Positions 36,853-47,280 are shown, numbered from the stretch's first letter. The stretch: DNA of 64,000 bases from Chthonomonas calidirosea (GCA_945859975.1 CAMAPH010000004.1:64001-128000); one strand, 5' to 3'. A program made the numbers and translations. The notes: generated from the sequence alone by a model not told the origin.

Positions 36853-37830
36853 ATGGCGCTTCGGGTTGGGTTCGTTTCTTCGGCGCACCAGCACGCCCAT
36901 GCCTATGTCCACGGACTTCGCACCGTGCCGGGCTGCACTTTTGCTGGAATCTGGGACCGCAAGCCAGAGCGCCGAAGCTCCTTCGCCGTGCAGCACGGCA
37001 TCCCCGAGTTTGAGTCGCTAAGTGACCTCCTCGGCCAATGCGACGCCGTCGTGATTGCCAGCGAGAACAAGCGGCACGCCGAAGATATCGAAGCCGCTGC
37101 CGCGGCTAACCTGCACTTCATCTGCGAAAAACCGATCGCAACAACCCCAGAGGAAGCGGCCAGGATTCGCGCCGCCGTTGCCAATCACACCGGCGTCAAA
37201 ATGACCGCCTTTCCCTGCCGCTATAGCCCGGCGTACCAAAGCCTGCGGTCGAAAGTGGCCAACGGCGACATCGGCACGCTTCGCGCTGTTTGCTCCACCA
37301 ATCGAGGAACCTGCCCGTTCGATTGGTTCGTTGATGTTGCCGAATCCGGCGGCGGCGCCATGATCGACCACGTCGTCCACGTCACTGACCTTTTGCGAGA
37401 CCTGCTTCAAGAGGAAGTGGGACGCGTCCAAGCCCAAACCGGCAATGGCGTCTACGCCCAATCCTGGGAAGACACCGCGATGGTGACGCTTGAATTCCCG
37501 TCCGGCGCGTTCGCAACCATCGATTCTTCTTGGTCTCGCCCCGCAGGATTTCGAACCTGGGGCGACGTCATGTTGAACGTGGTTGGAGAAGCCGGCGTCA
37601 TCGAACTGGACATGTTCAGCCAAGAAGTCCACCGTTACGGCGTCGGACAAAAGAGCCATACCGTTGCCAACTACGGCTCGGATCTCGATGCCCTCATGAT
37701 CGCCGAATTCCTGAGTGCAATCAATGAAGGTCGCCAAGGACGAACGACTCTTGAGGACGGGCTCAAAGCCAGCGAAGTGGCGATGTCCGCCTACCAAAGC
37801 GTCCAATCCCGCGAGGTCGCGTCGCTCTAA
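36853..37830 (+). CDS. Gfo/Idh/MocA oxidoreductase
   Basis: CEKPIA, GGGAMIDHVVH. Confidence 0.9.
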   Translation: MALRVGFVSSAHQHAHAYVHGLRTVPGCTFAGIWDRKPERRSSFAVQHGIPEFESLSDLLGQCDAVVIASENKRHAEDIEAAAAANLHFICEKPIATTPEEAARIRAAVANHTGVKMTAFPCRYSPAYQSLRSKVANGDIGTLRAVCSTNRGTCPFDWFVDVAESGGGAMIDHVVHVTDLLRDLLQEEVGRVQAQTGNGVYAQSWEDTAMVTLEFPSGAFATIDSSWSRPAGFRTWGDVMLNVVGEAGVIELDMFSQEVHRYGVGQKSHTVANYGSDLDALMIAEFLSAINEGRQGRTTLEDGLKASEVAMSAYQSVQSREVASL

Positions 37831-37831
37831 A

Positions 37832-39679
37832 GTGAGCCTTCACGAACCATCCGAAACCGCCGGAAGGATCCGGCAACTCGATCCTCACACCGTCAACCAA
37901 ATCGCCGCCGGCGAAGTTGTCGAACGGCCAGCCTCGGTGGTCAAAGAGCTCGTGGAAAACGCGTTGGACGCGATGAGCACGCGGATCGAAGTCGAGCTCA
38001 CCGACGCGGGCAGAACGCGGATCGTGGTCCGCGACAACGGCATCGGGATGTCCCGCGAAGAGGCACACCTTTCGCTCTCTCGCCATGCCACCTCGAAAAT
38101 TCGCGATGCCGAAGACTTGCTCCATGTCGGCACGTTAGGCTTTCGCGGAGAGGCGCTACCGAGCATTGCGTCGGTTTCCCGTTTCACCCTCCTCACCGGG
38201 AACGTTGATGGCTTGCGGACGCGGTTGGAAATTGAGGGTGGAGAACTTCGCCCCGCCGAGGCCGAAGCAGGTTCCCGAGGCACGGAGATCGTCATCGAAG
38301 ACCTCTTCTTCAATGTCCCGGCGCGGCGCAAATTTCTGAAATCGGACACCACCGAACTTGGCCAATCGCTTGACCATCTCTCTCGCTATGCATTTGCCTA
38401 CCCGCACGTCGCGTTCAAGGTCACCCATAACGGCCAAGTCGCGATGGAAACTCCCGGTCGAGATGACCGGCTAGAAGCAATCGGTGCGGTCTGGAGCCGC
38501 GACGTTGCCCGCGCCCTCGTTCCGCTAGAAGCCCGCGCGGGGGATTTGCGCATTCACGGCTACATCAGCCCGCCGCACGTCACCCGGCCGACTCGCGCCT
38601 ATCAGTTTCTGTTCGTCAACGGTCGCCCGGTCCGGTCCCGAAATCTCACCGTGGCCGTAGACGTTGCGCTTCGTGACATAACGCCAGAGCGCCGATATCC
38701 GTACCTCGTCCTGATGCTCGAAATCGATCCATCGAAGATCGACATCAACGTCTCCCCGACCAAGAGTGACGTCCGGTTTCAGCAAGAGAATCAGGCCTTT
38801 GATGGGATCCGGCTGGCGATCAAGAACGCCCTATTGACGCACGGCATGATGCCCTCGGCTGCCCAAATTGCAACGGTGAACGAAGCCCTGCGCGCCGCCT
38901 CCGGCCCTGCGCTGTTCGAGGCAGGACGATCCGCAAGTCGCGTTCCCGAGCCCAGTAGTAGCCTTCCCCCAAGCTGGGCAAACCTGCCGCCGGTCAACGC
39001 CGAAGGCTTCGCCGCACCAAAGCCCACGGTCGCACCTTCGACATCCGAAGAGCCGACGACCGATGCCCCGGCGCTGGAGAATCTGCCTTTTGTCTCCCTT
39101 CTCGATGGACTCCGAATCCTGGGCCAAGCGATGAACACCTTCATCATCGCGGAAACCCGGCACGGGCTTGTGGTGATCGATCAGCACGTTGCCCACGAGC
39201 GAATCCTGTACGAGTACCTTTGCGGCGTCCGCGGATCGGTCGGAATCGAGAAGCAAGTGCTGCTCGTCCCGCAAACGCTCGAACTGGATCGCCGCGCCGC
39301 CACCCTCCTCGGCGAGCGACTCAACGAAATCACCGAGGTCGGTTTTGAACTCGAGCCGTTTGGCGGAGAAAGCTTCGTCGTTCGTGCGGTTCCGGCTGCC
39401 ATCCGTGGCCGTGATCCCATCCGCATGCTTCGCGACATGGTCGACGAATTGGTCGAGTCCTCCGTCCATCGCAGACTGATGCCAACCCGAGAACAAATCT
39501 GGATCACATGCTCCTGCAAAATGGCGGTCAAGGCGGGCGACCCGCTCAGCATGGCCGAGATGGAAAAGCTCGTTACCGATTTGGCACTAACGGAGAACCC
39601 GTATCTTTGCCCCCACGGGCGCCCCATTACGGTCACCCTTTCGACGGAAAACTTGCTCAAGCTTTTCAAACGCACCTGA
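37832..39679 (+). CDS. mutL: DNA mismatch repair endonuclease MutL
   Basis: IAAGEVVERP, GFRGEAL, DQHVAHERILYE, CPHGRP. Confidence 0.97.
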   Translation: MSLHEPSETAGRIRQLDPHTVNQIAAGEVVERPASVVKELVENALDAMSTRIEVELTDAGRTRIVVRDNGIGMSREEAHLSLSRHATSKIRDAEDLLHVGTLGFRGEALPSIASVSRFTLLTGNVDGLRTRLEIEGGELRPAEAEAGSRGTEIVIEDLFFNVPARRKFLKSDTTELGQSLDHLSRYAFAYPHVAFKVTHNGQVAMETPGRDDRLEAIGAVWSRDVARALVPLEARAGDLRIHGYISPPHVTRPTRAYQFLFVNGRPVRSRNLTVAVDVALRDITPERRYPYLVLMLEIDPSKIDINVSPTKSDVRFQQENQAFDGIRLAIKNALLTHGMMPSAAQIATVNEALRAASGPALFEAGRSASRVPEPSSSLPPSWANLPPVNAEGFAAPKPTVAPSTSEEPTTDAPALENLPFVSLLDGLRILGQAMNTFIIAETRHGLVVIDQHVAHERILYEYLCGVRGSVGIEKQVLLVPQTLELDRRAATLLGERLNEITEVGFELEPFGGESFVVRAVPAAIRGRDPIRMLRDMVDELVESSVHRRLMPTREQIWITCSCKMAVKAGDPLSMAEMEKLVTDLALTENPYLCPHGRPITVTLSTENLLKLFKRT

Positions 39680-39720
39680 AACCCGGGATTTTCCGAAAAA
39701 TTGCCCAAGGAAGGACGGTT

Positions 39721-39739
39721 CTTTACAGTGCCTTAACCC
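39721..39739 (+). promoter_or_regulatory. Pho-box-like double repeat upstream of the response regulator
   Basis: CTTTACAG-tgc-CTTAACCC, 11-bp period. Confidence 0.5.
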
Positions 39740-39852
39740 AAATCGGGCACAACTGAGTGATACTTGGCCGGGGAGACTTTTTTCCGGCAAGACATGAGGA
39801 ACCGCTTTTGGCTTTGGCTCAAGACTTGCAACCGGAGAATTTAGAGGGCAGC

Positions 39853-40527
39853 ATGATGAAGCTGTTGATCGTGGATGACGAACCCGTCATTCTGGAAACG
39901 GTCGAGGCGAAAATGCGCAAGGAAGGTTTCACGACCTTCGTTGCGGATTCCGCTGAAGAAGGAATGCGCCTCTTCCGCCGAATCAAGCCCGACCTCGTGA
40001 TCCTCGACATCATGCTGCCGCAGCGCTCTGGCTTCGACTTCTGCCGAGCGATTCGAAAGGACAGCAACACCCCAATCATTTTTGTCTCGGCCCGCGCTGA
40101 TGAAGCGGATCGTGTGAAGGGTCTCGAGCTCGGCGCCGACGACTACGTCGTCAAACCGTTCAACCTCGGTGAGCTTGCCGCGCGAGTCAAAGCGATTCTG
40201 CGACGCTCGACCGGAGAACCCGTTCGCGAGGTCATCGAGTCTGGCAACTTACGCGTCGATCCCCGAAGCCATGAGGCTTGGATTGATGACCGACCTTTGA
40301 ACCTTTCGCCAAAGGAGTTCGCACTGATGTACTTCCTCGGCCGAAACGTGGGCCAAGTCTTCTCCCGCGAAACCTTGCTGGACCGAGTGTGGGGCCGAGA
40401 GGCATTCATTTCTGGCCGGACCGTGGATGTTCACATGCGGTGGCTGCGAATCCGAATTGAGCCAGATCCAACCAACCCAACGCGGCTTCTCACCATCCGG
40501 GGCGTAGGCTATAAGTTCACGGGCTAG
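39853..40527 (+). CDS. OmpR/PhoB-family response regulator (PhoB/SphR-like)
   Basis: IVDDE, LDIMLP, GADDYVVKPF, recognition helix RTVDVHMRWLR, IRGVGY. Confidence 0.93.
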   Translation: MMKLLIVDDEPVILETVEAKMRKEGFTTFVADSAEEGMRLFRRIKPDLVILDIMLPQRSGFDFCRAIRKDSNTPIIFVSARADEADRVKGLELGADDYVVKPFNLGELAARVKAILRRSTGEPVREVIESGNLRVDPRSHEAWIDDRPLNLSPKEFALMYFLGRNVGQVFSRETLLDRVWGREAFISGRTVDVHMRWLRIRIEPDPTNPTRLLTIRGVGYKFTG

Positions 40528-40550
40528 AGAAAATCAGCGATCATGAGCGC

Positions 40551-41471
40551 ATGAGTCAAATGCGCGAAGCGGTTTTACTCGTCAACGGTAAATCCCGCCG
40601 AGGACGAGACCTGTATGACGCCGCGCACCTGCGACTCGTGGATGCCGGGTTCCATTTTCATAAAGCCGGAGCATTCCGGCAAATGGATCAGCTTCTCGGA
40701 CTTGTCGATGATGCGATTCGCTCCGAGATTCCTCTCATCGTTGTCGGCGGCGGAGATGGCACGCTGTCGTCCGTCGCGCAAAAGCTGATTGGCACGAAGA
40801 CCACTCTCGGAGTTTTGCCTCTTGGAACTGGAAACGCCTTTGCCCGCGATCTCGGAATTTCTCCCGACCTCAACCTTGCCCTCCCCGTCATCATGTCGGG
40901 CGAAACCAGGATGGTTGACCTTGGCGAAGCGAACGGCTCGGTGTTTGTCAATATCGCTTCGGTTGGCCTAACAACAGAAATTGCCAAGTCTCTGGACCCG
41001 ACTTTGAAGCGCACCCTCGGCAAGGCAGCCTATATTGCCGCCGTTTGGAGGGCACTAGCCCGCGTGAAGCCCTTTTGGGTCATCTTGTCCACCGAGAATG
41101 GCCTGGCCAAATTCGAGACCCTTCAAGTGGTCATCGGTTGCGGACGCTTCCATGCCGGGCCGTTTCAGCTCTCGGAAGCCGCAAGTATCGATTCCGGCAA
41201 GTTATCGCTCTATGCGCTCCAGACCGCCCGAAAATCTGCACTGCTGAAACTCGCGCTTAACTTGACCTTTGGCCACCACGGGCGCCTGGAGGAGGTTCAC
41301 ACCGAGGAAACGGCAGGGGGAACGCTCAGGACCGATCCAAAGCGAAAAGTGACCGTGGACGGCGAAATCTCGCAACGGACCCCGCTCGAGTTCAAGATTC
41401 TTCCCGCAGCACTGCGGGTTCTGGTCCCGCATTCTGCCGATATCTCGCCAATGAGCGAACAATCGGTGTGA
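40551..41471 (+). CDS. YegS/Rv2252/BmrU family lipid kinase
   Basis: GGGDGT, PLGTGNAFA, VDGE. Confidence 0.9.
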   Translation: MSQMREAVLLVNGKSRRGRDLYDAAHLRLVDAGFHFHKAGAFRQMDQLLGLVDDAIRSEIPLIVVGGGDGTLSSVAQKLIGTKTTLGVLPLGTGNAFARDLGISPDLNLALPVIMSGETRMVDLGEANGSVFVNIASVGLTTEIAKSLDPTLKRTLGKAAYIAAVWRALARVKPFWVILSTENGLAKFETLQVVIGCGRFHAGPFQLSEAASIDSGKLSLYALQTARKSALLKLALNLTFGHHGRLEEVHTEETAGGTLRTDPKRKVTVDGEISQRTPLEFKILPAALRVLVPHSADISPMSEQSV

Positions 41472-41539
41472 TTCAATAGACCTTGTGCCTACGATTAGGT
41501 AAACACTTCTCGCATACTTCACTCAAACTTGGCGGCAAC

Positions 41540-42133
41540 TTGAGCATCGCAGCAGATTGGTATTACATTGGACACTACGGACAACTCGGTCCGTTAACGC
41601 TCGACCAGATGGAAGAACTGGTTGCGGGCGGCGTTATCGACCGTGATACGTACGTTTGGAAGCAGGGACTTCCCGACTGGATGCCCGCGGGAAAGACTCC
41701 AGAAATCAGCACGATGTTCATGGATGTGAAGACGAACGTCGCCCCGCCTCCCCCACCGTCACCTGGCGCAAGAACGGCTGGCCCAACCGATCCTTACGGC
41801 GCTGTCGCCGGAATGGGACAACAAACCAGACCCGCCGCGCCGAACTTCGGGATTAGCGATCCATTCGGTGCGCCGGCCGATCTGACGATGTCAATGACCT
41901 CGATGTCGCCATACGGTAGCCAGCGCAGCGACCGTAGCCGTATCCTCGCTGGAATTCTGCAGTTGATCATCCCCGGCGTCGGACGGATCTACCTCGGCTT
42001 TAGCGCCATCGGCGTACTGCAGCTGGTCCTCTCTCTGTGCGGCGTTGGCTTCATTTGGTCCTTCATCGACGGAATTTTGATCCTGGTTGGCAACGTTCGG
42101 ATGGATGGTTACGGTCGGCAACTCGGCGACTAG
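41540..42133 (+). CDS. GYF_2 (DUF4339) plus TM2 domain membrane protein
   Basis: WYY..GQLGP, YVWKQGLPDW, Pro-rich linker, GVGRIYLG. Confidence 0.8.
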   Translation: MSIAADWYYIGHYGQLGPLTLDQMEELVAGGVIDRDTYVWKQGLPDWMPAGKTPEISTMFMDVKTNVAPPPPPSPGARTAGPTDPYGAVAGMGQQTRPAAPNFGISDPFGAPADLTMSMTSMSPYGSQRSDRSRILAGILQLIIPGVGRIYLGFSAIGVLQLVLSLCGVGFIWSFIDGILILVGNVRMDGYGRQLGD

Positions 42134-42198
42134 TTACGCTTGGTCCTAATCCATTGTTCCGTTTTGGGTTTCCTGTCGTCTGAATAATTGCGAATTTC

Positions 42199-42762
42199 AT
42201 GAACCCACGAACTTTTCGGTGTCTAGCCCTTGTCGCGCTCCAAATCGGGGTCGCGTCCGCGTTTGCGCAAGGGTACGCCCCCCAGCCGGGTGAAACGGTT
42301 GTGCGCTTCGATGTTGAGAACCGCGGAAGTATCTTTGTCCGCTTCTTCACCAACGAGGCACCTAAGGCAACCGCCCAGGTTCTTCGCCTTTCGCGCCAAG
42401 GTTTCTACAACGGCTTGCAGTTTTTCCGAGTCGAGCGAACTCCTCGCCCTTACCTAGCCTTCTTTGGCGATCCGCAGACGAAGTCGCTCAGTCTCGATTC
42501 GCCACAAGTTGGGACCGGTGGTTCTGGAACCAAAGTTCCTCTCGAAACCACCCCGTACGAGCACGAGGAAGGCTCCGTTGGCCTCGCACGCCCATCCGAT
42601 AACCCGAACGGAGGCGATAGCCAAATCTACTTCTCCCTGGGTCGCTCGAAGTTTCTGGATGGCAAATACACGATCTTCGGCAAGGTCGTTTCGGGCATCG
42701 AGGTCCTTCGAAAGCTAGAGAAAGGCGATCGGGTCACTTCGGTGCGAATCGTGAGCGAATAA
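42199..42762 (+). CDS. Cyclophilin-type peptidyl-prolyl isomerase
   Basis: GFYNGLQFFRV, GDSQIY, LDGKYTIFGKV. Confidence 0.9.
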   Translation: MNPRTFRCLALVALQIGVASAFAQGYAPQPGETVVRFDVENRGSIFVRFFTNEAPKATAQVLRLSRQGFYNGLQFFRVERTPRPYLAFFGDPQTKSLSLDSPQVGTGGSGTKVPLETTPYEHEEGSVGLARPSDNPNGGDSQIYFSLGRSKFLDGKYTIFGKVVSGIEVLRKLEKGDRVTSVRIVSE

Positions 42763-42815
42763 ATTTGAAGTCCGCTCGGCAAACGAGCCGCCTTGCGTGT
42801 TAAACTCGCAGACCC

Positions 42816-43766
42816 GTGCAGCTTGCCCGCGCGCTCTCAACCCGTTTCTTACTGGGATTATTGAGCCTGCTATTCATCTCCTTCGTCACGTTTCTGGCCG
42901 ATGAAATTCAGCCCGGAGACGCGGCAACCGTATTGGCCGGAGAAAAAGCGAGCGCAGAGACGATCGAGCGATTGCGGGAAAATCTTGGCCTCAACCGACC
43001 GTGGCCGATTCGGTACGTTGAGTTCGTCAGCAAAGCGGTTCGCGGTGACTTTGGAACCAGCTATTACGGGGTGAAAGAGCCCGTTGGTCAGCTCGTCGGC
43101 CGGAACGTCACGATGACGATCACCATCGCCAGTTGCGCGATTCTGCTCGCCTCAGCCATCGGCATTTTCCTAGGCACGCTGGCCGCCGTTTGGCAGAACA
43201 AACCTCCAGACCAAGGCATTTTGTTTGTCAGCACGTTTGGCGTCACGTTGCCAAACTTCGTTCTTGCGCCAATCCTTGCGTATTTCTTCGCGTTGCAATG
43301 GGATGTGTTGCCGCTCACCTGGAGCGTGGACCGCGTCGCGCCGGATTACTACTATCTGATCCTTCCGGTCATCGTTCTTGCCATGCGCCCAACTGCGTTG
43401 CTGACTCGACTCACTCGCGCCAGCATGGTCGAAACACTACGACAGGAGTTCATCCGGACTGCGATCGCAAAGGGTGTTCCGCCCTTTCGCATGTATGTGA
43501 AGCACGCGCTTCGGAATGCCATCCTGCCCGTAATCACCGCAATCGGTACGTCATTTGGCTTCCTACTCACCGGATCGTTCGTTGTCGAAACCTACTTCCT
43601 TCTGCCTGGCCTTGGCAGCACGACAATCGATGCCATCCGAAAAGGCGACATTCCCGTGGTGCAAGCCTGCGTCATGCTGACCGGCGCCATCTTCATCGTT
43701 TTGAATCTCTTCGTTGACCTCATCTTGCCCATCCTCGATCCACGAATTCGGGAGAGTCAAGTTTGA
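42816..43766 (+). CDS. Oligopeptide ABC transporter permease (OppB/DppB type)
   Basis: PGDAA, GDFGTS, EFIRTAIAKG, KHALRNA. Confidence 0.92.
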   Translation: MQLARALSTRFLLGLLSLLFISFVTFLADEIQPGDAATVLAGEKASAETIERLRENLGLNRPWPIRYVEFVSKAVRGDFGTSYYGVKEPVGQLVGRNVTMTITIASCAILLASAIGIFLGTLAAVWQNKPPDQGILFVSTFGVTLPNFVLAPILAYFFALQWDVLPLTWSVDRVAPDYYYLILPVIVLAMRPTALLTRLTRASMVETLRQEFIRTAIAKGVPPFRMYVKHALRNAILPVITAIGTSFGFLLTGSFVVETYFLLPGLGSTTIDAIRKGDIPVVQACVMLTGAIFIVLNLFVDLILPILDPRIRESQV

Positions 43767-44653
43767 TGAAGCTCAAGAGCAAAAACCCGCGGAAGAAGCG
43801 ACTTGGCCTCATCTTCGGCGCGGCTTACTTGGTGCTGTTGTTGCTCTTTGCGATCTTCGGCCCGATGATCCGAAACGCGCAACTCAGCGATGTTGCCAAG
43901 GGTGTTGACCCCGACATCCGGGTTTATAACGCGGTCCTTGATCCGGTGAGTTCAAGCCCATTCGCTCCGGCCGGAGGGGCCGCCATTCTTGGCACCGATG
44001 AGCTTCGGCGAGACATCGTGGCTCGACTCGCGGAGGGTGCCCGAGTGTCGCTCACCGTCGGGCTCTCGGTTCAGCTGATTGCTCTTCTCGTCGGAATCAC
44101 CGTCGGGGTGCTCGGCGTGCTCGCGCCGAAGTGGATTCGGAATCCGCTGATGCGGTTCACCGATGGCATGTTCGCTTTCCCAGACATCTTGCTCGCGATC
44201 CTTATCGTTAGCGTGGCCGGGCTTGGCATGGGACCCGTGATTTTCGCCCTCTCCGTGACCGCCTGGCCCAGCATTGCGCGTCTTGTCGCGTCGCAGGTGG
44301 CAACCCTGAAAGACCGCGAGTACGTAGTCGCCGCGAAGGCAGCAGGCGCCAGCAATTTTTATCTCGTCACGCGGCACATCTTGCCGCAAATCACGGGGAT
44401 TCTCTTGGCGTATTCGATGATCGACCTCGCCGGCACCATCCTCGCCGAAAGCACCCTCAGCTTCTTGGGAATCGGTGTTCAAGAGCCGCAGCCCAGCTGG
44501 GGCGGCATGATCAATGGCGCGCGCCTCAACATGAACAGCTACCCAGTTCTACTGATCTGGCCCTGCGCGATGTTGAGCATGACGATCTTTGCGCTCAACT
44601 TCGTGGGCGACGGTCTCCGGGCCCTTGCGGACCCGAGAGATCGATCAGCCTAA
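43766..44653 (+). CDS. Oligopeptide ABC transporter permease (OppC/DppC type)
   Basis: LGTDELRRD, EYVVAAKAAG, LSFLGIG, GDGLR. Confidence 0.92.
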   Translation: MKLKSKNPRKKRLGLIFGAAYLVLLLLFAIFGPMIRNAQLSDVAKGVDPDIRVYNAVLDPVSSSPFAPAGGAAILGTDELRRDIVARLAEGARVSLTVGLSVQLIALLVGITVGVLGVLAPKWIRNPLMRFTDGMFAFPDILLAILIVSVAGLGMGPVIFALSVTAWPSIARLVASQVATLKDREYVVAAKAAGASNFYLVTRHILPQITGILLAYSMIDLAGTILAESTLSFLGIGVQEPQPSWGGMINGARLNMNSYPVLLIWPCAMLSMTIFALNFVGDGLRALADPRDRSA

Positions 44654-44657
44654 TCGG

Positions 44658-45911
44658 TCAGTTCCGCGCTTGCTTTAGAACCGTCTCAATCGCCTTCTGA
44701 AGCTGGTTGTCGCTCTTTGGGTTACCGAACTCGGGGTCCTTGTCCAGATCGAGTTCCACGGCGACGCTAGGCTTCAATCCGCCATCAATGTAGATGCCAT
44801 CCTGATCGACCTTGCGGCCGATGTCATCTCCGCTTGGCAAGTAGTACTTCGCGATCGTGACCTTCGCGCTGCTCTTGTCCACGAGAGGGAACACGTTCTG
44901 GACGCTGGATTTCCCGTAAGAGTGGGTGCCAACCAACGTTGCCTTGTTGTAGTCCCGCAACACGCCGGCGAAGATTTCGGCCGCGCTTGCCGAGTTCTCG
45001 TCCATCAAGACAACCACCGGATAGCCGAATGGCCGAACCTCATTGGATGCAGATCGAACGGTTTCATTGAATCCGTTTCGTCCCACCATCTTCACGACGA
45101 CCTTGTCCGCCACAAATCGGCTCAACATGTCGGCCGCGACGTCCAATAGTCCGCCCGGATTGCTGCGCATGTCGATAACAAGGCCCTTTGGCGACTTGCG
45201 ATCTACCTTATCAAGCTCTCGGTCAAACTGCATCGTCGTCGGCTCGGCAAACTGCGAAACCGCAATGTAGCCGACCTTCGAATCTTCAAAGAACTTGCTC
45301 TCGACCGTCGGCGCGACGATTCGGGCTCGCTTAATCTTCATCGTCACGGGCTGCTGTTTGCCCTTCTTCGCAACGGTGAGGGTGACGAAGGTGCCTTCTT
45401 TGCCCTTGATCAGCAGGACAACGGCGTCGGTCGGCATCCCGCCAACTTTCTTGCCGTCAACCGCAATGATCACATCGTTAATGCGCAGGCCCGCCGCGTA
45501 CGCCGGACCATCTTCGAAAACTGCCGCCGCTCGGACGCCCATCGCGTCATCGGACAATCGAGCACCAACGCCGAAGAAGTTGCCCGTTGTTTCTTCGCTG
45601 AAAAGCTGAGCTGCCCGAGGCGGAAAGTACAACGTGTGAGGATCGCCGAGGGAGCTCAGTAGTCCTTGCATTCCCGCAAACCGGAGATCGTCAGGCTTCA
45701 CTTGTCGTGAATACTTGAACCGAATCTGGTTATAAGCCTGCTGGAAAACCTGTTCTGGGCTTGCCGCTTTCGCGTTCTTGACACCGAGGAGCGAGTTAAC
45801 CGCTCGAGAATCCACGCCCGAGCCTGATTGAAGATCGCGCCATGCGAACCCCAACGATCCCGCACTCAGCGCGGCAACGGCGAATGCAACGTACTTGATT
45901 CCGGTTTTCAT
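44658..45911 (-). CDS. S41 carboxy-terminal processing protease (CtpA-like)
   Basis: LGDPHT, PDZ domain, DMRSNPGG, SASAAEI, YGKSSVQ. Confidence 0.93.
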   Translation of the reverse strand: MKTGIKYVAFAVAALSAGSLGFAWRDLQSGSGVDSRAVNSLLGVKNAKAASPEQVFQQAYNQIRFKYSRQVKPDDLRFAGMQGLLSSLGDPHTLYFPPRAAQLFSEETTGNFFGVGARLSDDAMGVRAAAVFEDGPAYAAGLRINDVIIAVDGKKVGGMPTDAVVLLIKGKEGTFVTLTVAKKGKQQPVTMKIKRARIVAPTVESKFFEDSKVGYIAVSQFAEPTTMQFDRELDKVDRKSPKGLVIDMRSNPGGLLDVAADMLSRFVADKVVVKMVGRNGFNETVRSASNEVRPFGYPVVVLMDENSASAAEIFAGVLRDYNKATLVGTHSYGKSSVQNVFPLVDKSSAKVTIAKYYLPSGDDIGRKVDQDGIYIDGGLKPSVAVELDLDKDPEFGNPKSDNQLQKAIETVLKQARN

Positions 45912-47239
45912 CTCACTTCCTCCGTCTTATCCGCCATGACAACTTTCGTGCTGGTCACGTTGACTTGGTATTCGCCGATCGGCAAAACGTAGCCCGAGCC
46001 ATCTGGAAGCGGGACGATGTCGACCAGCGTCCGATCTCCTCCGGTGAGGCTCCCAACAAGGGTCGCCTTACCCTTCGATTGAAGCGCCAGCGCGAACATT
46101 TCCGCTACTCCACGGGTGCTCGAATCCACGAGCAATTCGTACTTCGGTGCGGCAGGGTTTCCTTTCGCTACCACCAAGTTCGTTGGCTCGCTGCCGCGGG
46201 CGGTAACGAATTGTCCATAGGTTCCTTTCGGTGCGACTTTTTCAAGGACGGCTTTCAGCGATTCAAAATCACCGTGGGTGTTGTTTCGAAGATCGATACG
46301 AACCTTAGTTTTGCCTTGAAGTTCCTTCGCGATCCAAGCATCCGCGCCTTTCTGGAAGGCCAACCTCAGATCACCATTAGGAAGAACCGTCATCGGGCTC
46401 ATCGCGGTTACTGACTTCGTGAGATCGGTGGTGCGCTTCTCGGTCCCACGCTCCCAGACCACCTTCACCTTTCCGCTCGTTCCCGTAACCAGCCGCTCCA
46501 TCGCGCGCATCGGCAACAGTGCTCGTTCGGTGCGCTCGCGCACTTCTTTCCGGACGAGATTCAGCTGGCTGTAGGTGATTTTCTTGGCTTTGAAGTCATC
46601 TTGGGCCTTCTGGAATTTGATCAGCAGGTCGGTGTTCACAACCCAATGGCTGTCGATTTCGTAGGCGACGTCGCCAATCTTGACCCCAGCTTTGGCTGCC
46701 GGACTACCGGGGATGACGTTCGAGACCATGAGTCGAGGCACTCGGACGCGGGAGACGAGCGCCTCCTCTGCCGTGCCTTCTGGAAGAGCGCCTTCAGAAT
46801 CGGATGCCTTCGCGGCTTGCTTGTTTGCTGCGCCACGCATCACCATCACCACCTCGACGCCGATGCCTTCGTACTTTCCGGCTCGGGCGTTCTGGAAGCT
46901 GGCGAACTGCTTCTTGTCGAGGAACATCGCCTTCGGGTCGTTAAGGCTGCCGATCATGCTTCGAATCGCGCCTGAGGCAAGTTTCTGATCGTCCGGAATG
47001 GGTTCGACGTACTCGCGCTTCAGGAGGCGCATGAGTTGGTAGAAATAGTCCCCAGCGGTGTAGCTTGCGCCGTTCGCATCGGTGGATGCGACCAAGCCAA
47101 CGCCCGAGAAATTCGGCATTTCGGCTTCAGCCCGTCGGCCCAGATCCACCCAATCTCGCAAGGCGGCCCCACCAACTGCGGTAAACGCAATAAGCGCCGT
47201 CCCTCCAAGCACAACGACCGTTCGATTCATTCCTTTCAT
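45908..47239 (-). CDS. S41/PDZ protease-like protein, catalytic residues substituted
   Basis: SLNDP, EGIG, PGSPAAKAG, DLRNN present; STRGVAE and TGGDR replace SASAAE and YGKS. Confidence 0.75.
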   Translation of the reverse strand: MKGMNRTVVVLGGTALIAFTAVGGAALRDWVDLGRRAEAEMPNFSGVGLVASTDANGASYTAGDYFYQLMRLLKREYVEPIPDDQKLASGAIRSMIGSLNDPKAMFLDKKQFASFQNARAGKYEGIGVEVVMVMRGAANKQAAKASDSEGALPEGTAEEALVSRVRVPRLMVSNVIPGSPAAKAGVKIGDVAYEIDSHWVVNTDLLIKFQKAQDDFKAKKITYSQLNLVRKEVRERTERALLPMRAMERLVTGTSGKVKVVWERGTEKRTTDLTKSVTAMSPMTVLPNGDLRLAFQKGADAWIAKELQGKTKVRIDLRNNTHGDFESLKAVLEKVAPKGTYGQFVTARGSEPTNLVVAKGNPAAPKYELLVDSSTRGVAEMFALALQSKGKATLVGSLTGGDRTLVDIVPLPDGSGYVLPIGEYQVNVTSTKVVMADKTEEVR

Positions 47240-47280
47240 GATATGCGACTTTCCGTGTCCGTAAGCCTATTACGCGTACT

